Origin: Paramecium tetraurelia
Taxonomy: Eukaryota
Assembly: GCA_000165425.1 (NCBI GenBank)
Contig: CT867997.1
Coordinates: 248,001 to 312,000, forward strand
Direction: 5' to 3'
DNA: 64,000 nt
Below, in pieces: positions 55,326-64,000 of this stretch; the first letter of the stretch is position 1, and each line of letters opens with the position of its first letter. The notes under the pieces are model-generated. The model did not search any database. It was not told where the DNA came from and saw only the letters and a list, made by a program, of their open reading frames with translations. Position numbers and translations under genes: made by a program.

Positions 55326-55912
55326 ATGCAATTTGCTTAATCAGACAAGAATTCTAAATCGGAGTGTCCCTAGAGCTTAAAAGATGCCAACTTCAGAAAG
55401 AGAAAACCTATTGATTCAGATACGAAAACCAATTTGATCCTTAGCGTAGTAAAAGATCATTTGCCCATATATTAAGTATTAAAGTTTCTCTATATTTTGA
55501 GGCAGCTATCATTCATAAGGTTAAATATTCATCCGCTAAACACATATTGAGAAATTACTACAGTGATACTGCCAATTACTTCTCACTTCAGAAAAAGAGA
55601 AGAAGAAAGATAATCTGTTGTGGGGTCTCAGCCTTAATTGAAATTAGCAGTGGAAATATAGTTTTAGCCACTTCCTAGTGTTAAATGACTCCCTATATCA
55701 AAAATGGGGTCAATGCCCAGATCAAATAAAAAGTAATTGATAATCTGAGTGTCTCAATCCACAAATAAATATGTAACTTTAATTTCAAGAGATTGAATAA
55801 GAACTTCAGAATCGACCCAATAAAACAGATGAATAAAATAGAAAAAATTGAAAACAAAGTTAATTTTCTCATGTAAACACTTGAAAAATAACATATTGAA
55901 ATGACACAATGA
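55326..55912 (+). CDS. Helix-turn-helix (psq/homeodomain-like) putative DNA-binding protein
   Basis: RKPIDSDTKTNLILSVVKDHLPIYQ|AAIIHKVKYSSAKHILRNY follows an HTH pattern, then an NLS-like KKRRRK. One 26-nt intron. Confidence 0.72.
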
Positions 55913-56374
55913 TATATCTTTAGTAATTATAAATTATTTCTGTTCCTCACTTTCCTTAAAATCATTATAGAAAATGAAAAAAGATACTCAAAATTGCAAT
56001 AAACAAAGGATTTATTTTATATAACACAATTAATATTTATATAACTCTTTTTCAATTTTTTGTAAAAGAATATTGGTTTCAGGACTTCATGTAGTTTCAT
56101 GTTGGTTTACAATCACAAATTAAAATTTAATTCTTTCATACAGATGTTGGACTTGATTTTAGATAAATGAATAGAAAATATATCTTTGAAGAATCGAGAG
56201 TGTTTTCGTCATCCTCAAGCAGAGGTTTTAATTATTTAAAATTGCAACCTATTGAAATAACCAATTCTTAACACTTTAAGAACATAGCATAAAAGTATTT
56301 TATTCTAATTTTTATTTATATATTTTAACACTTGATATTAAATAAAATAAGAAATTAAATTTAAATATAAATTA

Positions 56375-58184
56375 TCATTATGATTGTTTAGTTTTAAGTC
56401 TATAATAGTTATTTTACAATACTAGAGGTAAGCAAGTTGAAAAGTAGAATTTTGATTTTTATGTATTATCCATATCGAATTTAGAGGATGGACTTGTTTG
56501 AAATCTTTGATTTGTAGAAGTTTGTGTAGGGTATCTTCGAATATGGTAACTGATATTTTCCAAAGCAGTTCCCAATATTCCAGGAGGAGATCTGTGTTTC
56601 TTAGTTTATTTCGTAATTTTATTCTTATATTTTAAAGATTATTAAATGATTAGTTCCTCAGTTTTTTATCTTGAATGCTAAGCCGACTGACTTGATTTCA
56701 ATAGTTTATTTAAATAGGCTTATTCTGATTCAGCGGGGTTGTCCAATGTCAGAGTCTGTTCTCTTAGTTTATTGTCGTCTAATTTTGTCCTACTACTAAT
56801 CTTCAAAATCTAACTTGTACTATTGAATAGTAATTTCTATTTATCTTCTTGAATTTGAATGAGATTTTCAGGTTTTAAGAAAGTTTTATTTTATGTTCTC
56901 TCAAGTTAGTTAATTTTTTCTGATTGATCAATAAAATTTTTTTCATAAACCTTTATTTGTTATATGATTTATTTTAATTTTCTATCATTCAAAGCAGTTA
57001 AACTGTTATTTAATGCAGGATCGCAATAGAGGACTCTCATGAAATCCCTCTTGGAAACTGAATAAACATTATTACTTTCAAATGTAGAGACTAAGCTAAA
57101 CTGTCTGCATAAGTCTGGAGCTTTTAAGATTTCCAATTCTCCAAACATTTCCCCTGCCCCCAAGAATTTTAAGGTCATAATTAGCTTTTTGTCACTGGCG
57201 ATAAGATTGCCATACTTTTTCTTTTGATATAACTTATCAATTTTCTCTTGATTTGTTAAGGAAGGTTTATTGTAAGCAAACTATTGTTTTAAAAATTAGA
57301 CATCATCATCAACGTCTTAATAATTATTAGTTTTATCTTTATTCATTCTTAAGCATTTGATAACCTAAAGATGTTGAAAGAAGATACTTTAAATTCCCCA
57401 GTTTAAATGAAATAAACTTCATTAGATGGATCACCTTCCTTATAAACAGTATGGTTTAATCTAAATTTATTTAATTTCATAACATCGAACAATGATTTTA
57501 CACTCATAAACTTCCAATCTTTGAATATGGAGAGTTTCGCAAATTCTTCAAAATACATCTGCCTTTATTAGTTTATCTTAGGATAAGTAAAAAGCATTAC
57601 CACAGTCTTTTTGATAACCATATAATCCTCTGCATCTAAAACTGCTAAATGAGTAGGACCAACAGCAGTAATAGTAGCAGATCTAGGTTCATTGTTTTCT
57701 AGTGCAAGCTCACCAAAGGCTTAACCATCACTCATTTGTATTAACTCTTTTTCTTGATAGCAATCTCCAACGAACATTCTTTTATGTATTGACACTCGAC
57801 CTTATAGAATAATATAGAATGTAGTTCCCACATCACCTTAAATATAACCAAAATTAGCTCACCTTCTCTAAACAGAGTTTCCCCCTTTTTCAAGGACGTG
57901 TAACTCATTTTTCTTAAACATCTCTCCCATAATAAGACTCCTTAGTCCTTCTCTAGCAGTTTCTAAAAATACACAATATGCTTTGTGGCTTTCTTCAAAA
58001 TCTCAATTTCGTATTATGTTCTATGATACGAAGATTTTGTAAGTATAATGACAACTATTCCAAAGATTTAATCCTGACTCAGATTCTCATAAATTGATGG
58101 TTCTTATTCCATTTATAAGATATACTACTTCAATTCTTTGATTTCATCTTCTTTTAATTAGTGAACATTTTATGAATTTTTCAT
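56375..58184 (-). CDS. Tandem cyclic-nucleotide-binding-domain protein
   Basis: CNBD1 LFREGDVGTTFYIILQGRV..FGELALENNEPRSATI; CNBD2 VYKEGDPSNEVYFI..FGELEIL..R; low-complexity C-terminal tail. Confidence 0.88.
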
Positions 58185-58630
58185 TATATTAATTTTATTA
58201 TATATTATAAGTTTAATTCAGCCCAAAATCTTTCATAACCTTAACCCAAACTTCCTTAATCTTTCTCCAAACTTCAGATTCTGAAATTAGTATTATATTG
58301 GTATAAATAAAGATGATATCAAGTTCTCCATTCTTAGAATTTCCTAATAACTATTATGAATCATATTTAATAATAATATCCAAAAACTCAAATCAAAAAA
58401 TCTCATTCCTCTAAAATGCATTGAACTCTAATTATTTTTATATATATTTTAATAACAAAATTCTTTTAACTGTATTTTAATAAATAATTCATGAGGTATT
58501 GATCTTGAGTACCATTATGTTAATGTCCTATCTTTAAAAATAATTCTTTTTTATTTATTTATGTATTAAATATATATATATAAGTTATATAACAAAATTT
58601 TTTTCCAAAAACGCTTAGCATATTAAATTA

Positions 58631-59910
58631 ATGAAAACATTAGTAACAATAGCAATTGTATTCTGCTTGCTTAGTCATCCTGTAGTATGTAAGAAACACT
58701 ACAACGATGAAGAACATTCAGCTTTCGAGAAAAGTATAATTCTTTGGTATATTTTAGGTCACAAAAAACTCTCTCTTTAAGATGATCCTTCATACAGCAA
58801 ATTGGAAGAGATTTAAGATCATCCCCTAGGTTCAAAGATTCTATAGACAATCGCCTTGTAATTAAGAGGAAATGAATCCTTGAGTGCTGTGAGCAAATTG
58901 TTGAATGACTTAAAAGGGGATTTGGAAGTATAATTTATAATCAATATTATAGGGTAAATAAATTGATGCTGATAATGAAAGAGCATAAATCGGCTCATAA
59001 TGCAAAAAGGATCTTTAGAATTATAGTCAAAGAATCAGTCTCTCCATTAACGAAATTAAAGATGCCGAATTCAAGGCCAAAAGATTGAATGAGGCTATTG
59101 CTGTCTACCAAGCTGAAATCAATGAAAAAGCTAGATAAATCAAAGTATTCCAAGCCAAAGATGATACATTAAGAGACATTAGAAGACAAGACAATTTAGA
59201 CTTTTCAACAAGAACTACATAAATGAAAGAGATGGTCTAAGCCTTTGAAGTTATTCTTCCAAAATTACACTAAGTTTGGGATGTAGCTGCCTAACACAAA
59301 GCTGGATCATTTATTGAAGAAGAAGCAATCAATGAAGCCTTAGTTTAATTAGCCAAAATTGGGTAAATAACGTTTTCATCTGTTTTAGAGAAGAGAACCC
59401 AATTACTGCTATGGTTGCCCTGACATCAACTTTGGAACCAACTGCTGTTTAGACTTTGATTGAAAAAATGGAAGCCATAAGAGACTCAATTAAGGAGAGC
59501 ATTAAGGCAGAAGAAGAGGCTGAAGCAAAGAATGCCAGAGTAATTTTGGTTGCAATTATTTTAGGACACAGATACAATCTTGGCTGCCGTATTCAATGCT
59601 ATGGAGAGTTTGACCAGAGAAAAATCAAGCGATGAGGAAGCATTATAAGAAACAATCAGAAATAGAGACATTCAAGATAAGAGATCAAGAGATGCTCATG
59701 CTGTAAAATAACATATTTAATCAGGAATTTAACGCAGCCAAAAATGGAAATCAATAGAGAAATTAATAATGTCAAGAATACGAATTACAATATCAATAAA
59801 ACACAATCGAAAGAGATAAATAGATTGCAATTATCAAGGACGTTCAAAATATCATTGCTACAAAGATAGAAGTTGTTACATGCTTTGTAGAAGAGAATAA
59901 TCTATTCTGA
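58631..59910 (+). CDS. Trichocyst matrix protein (TMP/GRL)-like precursor
   Basis: Signal MKTLVTIAIVFCLLS, LEEIQDHPLGSKILQTIALQL, SFIE motif, ENPITAMVAL, two Cys-anchored coiled coils, five mini-introns. Confidence 0.85.
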
Positions 59911-61531
59911 TTAATATGATAATTATAAAATATTAATCAAAATATTCATTTAATTCAATCAAAAATATGGAATAGATTTATGACTAGATTCCCATGGTTG
60001 TAGTTCTTCTTATAGTGATGGTTCTGTAAAAATATTTTTAGGCAGAAACTATTTTTTAATTTTCATAGGAGTATATAATTGAGGTAGTACAATGTTGTAT
60101 TTTGTTTGATAAGGTTATGACTATTTTTTAAATAGATTGGTATTCGTTTCTGAGTTTTCAAAGTTAAATTTCTTTAAACTTTTCCTCCTCCTTATTTGAT
60201 TAATGTAATATTGATATGAAGAATCTTTTTTCGGAAGATTTCTCACAGTAGTTAATTCGTGATTAATGGAATGAGATTAGGTCGATTGATTAGGATTTGG
60301 AGAGAGTTGTAAACATATATGATTATGCTGCAATCGAGGTGATTTTATGTTAACTTTATATCCAAAAACAGGTAGCACTTTCTGATTGTTGACTTATCTT
60401 GTTAATGATCGCTTGACAAACAATTAATATCGGGCTATAGGACTATTTTACAGATTCTCCATATTAATTAAGAAATTTTGTTCTAAGATATAATTATTTT
60501 TAAGAATTATCTAACTTTGATAATCCCAAGTTTGATCTTCAGAATTAAAACAATTATACTTAAATGTCCTCCTAATTAATTAGATGATAATTTCAACTAC
60601 TATTAAATTAATATAATATGTTAGCTTAATTTTGAGAACTATTTTTAAGTTAACACCATTATCTTACAAAGTATCCTTAGTTTTTATTCATCATTAAAAT
60701 ATTGCAATTAGAAGACTAAAAAAGATAGTATATATATAAGATTATTATTTTTCTTATTGAAATTCATATTTCCAAAAATTTCAATTTTTCTGTATAGATA
60801 AAATTTTGAATATCTACCTAAAAGAAATAACTCAATTATGCTTCTATCTTAGGTTAATTAATAACTTAAAAGTAGAATATAAAATTAATTGTTTTCTGAG
60901 CCAGTAATTTAAGAATGAGGCTAACAATATATCAAGATAATTAATAAAAGATTTAATGATTTTTTGTATAGTTAGATTAAAGATTGATTAAGCAAAGGAA
61001 TTACCAAGAAGAGGATTTAAACTACAAAGTATCTTATTACTTTACTTTCTTTGTTAAATCTAAAGATTTCAATAAACATAAGCGAAATAAAATCGGTTTG
61101 ATATTGTTATTTTTGGAACATAACAATATTGGAACCAAATCTATTGGTTTTGCTGTAATCGAAATGATGGAATATAATTTCTTTTGTTTATTGAAGATTC
61201 GTTAGAATAAAGTAAATAATTTAGAATTCCTGAATTGCTTATTGAGCATTTACATGAAAGGATAATACAATATCTAATAATTGACTGAGCTTCCTCTTTA
61301 TATATTAAATAAATATAAGAATTAAATATGAAAGTAATGATTAACCAAAAGGAATGATATATATGGAAAAATCAATCCACATTGTTTATAATTATTATAA
61401 TCTTCCTTCTAAATTCTCAAATCTTTAGAAATGGGATGTTATTAGTGTATGTAGATAGCAATACAAAATAACTAAAATCATTATATTTTAGTTCCTTAAC
61501 TTTTATTAATATTTAGCTTTTAATATAATTA

Positions 61532-62490
61532 ATGCAAAATAAATAGATAAAAACAAACACCTCATAAAATTTAAGGTAAAAGCTAGGTCTGAAAGACTCC
61601 TTAACCAATATTAATTAAATCTACAGTCAACCTCATTCATCAAAAGGTGCTGAAACTAGAAAAAAGGAAGTAAATTCTTATTTATTTAGAATGTGTAAGA
61701 TTGCAATACTATGAAGAAAAAATTATTTAACATGTTGGGATAAAACTATAATTCAAACAAAGCGTTCTCCATATCCCCTACTAATTCCCTTAAGTAAAAC
61801 TATTTTGTTTCCACATCAACACAATAAAATTCAAAATAGCTTTTACAAAAACAAAATAACACTCTTGATTGCCATACTTCAGTTGCTTAAAATCTCTTTG
61901 GAAATTCAGCTAAGAATGTATAGTCATAACCATCATTAAACTAATTTGAAAAGTACACATCCTTCTTAGAGAATCAAAATTTTGAAAACCGTAATCCTCC
62001 AATCAATCCAGCAAAAAAAGTTGGGATTGCTAAGCCTAATTCTACTCAATCCAGAAATCATAAAACTGACAGAAGTTCATTAATTGCATTATTTGAGAAA
62101 TTGCATGAAAAGGAGTGTCATAATAAACATCGTAAATAAACATCCTAAAATTCTAATTATGTTGTTAATAACTAAAAGTAACAGCCTTAAGAATGTTTTT
62201 ATACAGAATTGAAGTTTCGACAAAAAATGAAAGGATCATTATCCAATAATTCCTCCGGTTAACTTTGTTCTCATCTTAACCCTAATTCATCATCTACTTA
62301 AATTCAGTAAAACCAATAAAATAGTATAGACGATAATTTACAATAATTAGCTGAAAGAATGTAATACATTTTAAATAGCTATCATTAAAAGTTGAAGCAA
62401 GTAGACTTTGAAAAAGAAGTGCTAATTTAAGAAATCTAATATTGGAAATCTAAATATTAAAAGTGTTAATAAAAATCATCAATATCTTGA
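61532..62490 (+). CDS. Hypothetical low-complexity protein with C-terminal coiled coil
   Basis: A 20-nt intron (61670-61689) yields an open frame ending LIQEIQYWKSKYQKCQQKSSIS*. Confidence 0.72.
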
Positions 62491-63038
62491 ATTTAAGTTT
62501 AGATTAAAAATTGATAATAATCTTTTTTTATAATGATTAATAATAAAATAAATAAAAAAATAAGTGAATTTTATAATCTTTATTTTTCGAATAGAAAAAT
62601 TAAATCTTTATCATTTATATCTATTGAAAATATATAAAATGAAGTATTGATTAAAAAATGAAAATTATTTCTTATAAAATATGTTTACAGCTGGTTATAT
62701 TGTGTTTTTATACTTAATATTTTCAATATACAATAAATTTAATTTTTGGATGATTCTATTTATAATATTTAATGAAATTTGGCAAAATAAGGGAAAAATC
62801 GTTTTCAATCCTACAAATTACAAGTTAATATATTAAATGTAAACTGCAACTAATTTGCTCATATCAGTCAATAATTATTTTCGTGGTGAAATGGAATATT
62901 ATATATTTTATCTCTTAAATAATATCTTCAGTAATTAATTCAAATAAGTCAACTCATAAAGGAGATTTATTATTTAATGAACTTTTTAACCATTACAAGC
63001 TCATTATTATGTTTATATATAAACAATTTAATTAAATT

Positions 63039-64000
63039 TCATTTATCAAAACAATTATGTCCACACCCAGAAGGACATTAACTGTTGCTGCTAAACCAAT
63101 TTTTCATTTCTTTCATGTGACCTCCATGCATACATTATTGACACCATAAGTAAAGACCTCGTACAGGTTTAAAACTATTTTCTAACATTCAATAATACCA
63201 TATTGAACAGATAAAATCGATCTTACAGACATTGCAAAAAGCTCCTGTTGTTTAGTTATTTTTGCATGGACCAAGACATTTATAATTGGTTACGTATTTA
63301 TTGCTAGCTCTAAATTATTCAACTGGACTTTCTAATGCAGCTTTCATTGCTAACGTGTGTTTTCCAAATGCCACTAACAATTCAATATATGATTGAGTCC
63401 ATTTTTTGGCATTTAAATCAGGGAACTACACATAATTTTTTGCACAAGCAGCCATCCAAAATCCACTTGGAAGATCTCCTTAATCAATGACATGTTGGAT
63501 TAATTAAAGTATAGAATTAGAAATAACTTGCCTAATATACAATTAAAAGATTACATCATATGTTATTTATCAGTCAATAAGTATCCAATAGGAGTCATTG
63601 TTCTTAACAAATTCTTGTAGTAAGGTATTCTTTCTATATGAACTTTTAAATGATTTTAATCTTCAATTATGATATTCTTGCTATCTAATTCTTATCTGAA
63701 GGCTGCTGGGTATTTTTCGAAATATTTATAAAGTTTTTATAGATCCTGTGAATCCAATTATTTTTTTTCATGTGTTTTATTATTTTTTGTAATTTGTGTA
63801 GTTTATTCTAGAGGAGATTTTTAATCATCATCAGATTAATCATTACCTTTGTTTGGTAATTATACAGGACAATCCTACATAGAAATATTGGAGGCACAGT
63901 CTTTGGATAACTTTTTAAAGTCATTGATAAGATGTTCTAAAGCTTTCCAATAGTGTGCGATTTCTGGTTTATTAATTTGCAATGCAACATTGCTATTGTA
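63039..64000 (-). CDS. WDR24: GATOR2/SEACAT subunit WDR24-like (3' part only)
   Basis: C-terminal zinc finger/RING CSIC..PVRGLYLWCQQCMHGGHMKEMKNWFSSNSQCPSGCGHNC, preceded by QGD and KWTQSYIELL. WDR59 cannot be fully excluded. Confidence 0.82.

Noticed and set aside
58236..58255. aaccttaacccaaac as a telomeric repeat
   Set aside because: Only one CCCAAA unit; not a tandem array.
60200..60560. Possible kinase remnant on the minus strand
   Set aside because: No diagnostic kinase motif (HRD, DFG, APE) could be recovered.

Overview
AT-rich, gene-dense eukaryotic DNA that reads as Paramecium-type ciliate macronuclear sequence. TAA/TAG encode Gln, TGA is the only stop, and genes carry tiny GT..AG introns of about 20-30 nt. 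The supplied standard-code ORF track is therefore fragmented and partly spurious, so genes were re-read by hand with translation table 6 (ends traced manually; internal exon structure of long genes not fully checked). About 27 protein-coding genes are supported: partial cytosolic GluRS, kish/TMEM167, two trichocyst-matrix-protein-like genes, a secreted protein, a DUF922-like HExxH protein, an acylated STE kinase, a degenerate His-kinase-like protein, MSH6, a CNBD K+ channel, a ~2400 aa golgin-like coiled coil, a ~1800 aa secreted protein with six LamG/ConA-like repeats, two tandem TauE/SafE transporters, an FLVCR-like MFS transporter, SKI2, a BAH-PHD reader, a Mei2-like RRM protein, ARMC9, an HTH protein, a CNBD protein, partial WDR24 and several hypotheticals. 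There is also one tRNA-Pro(TGG) and a heavily deleted NAD(P) transhydrogenase pseudogene. No CRISPR array, transposon or telomere was seen, and no clearly novel multi-gene system could be established. The best leads are the BAH-PHD protein, the bacterial-like DUF922 gene, a 25-bp divergent promoter between two secretory genes, three reading-frame anomalies (probably homopolymer errors) and an unexplained GC-elevated spacer.
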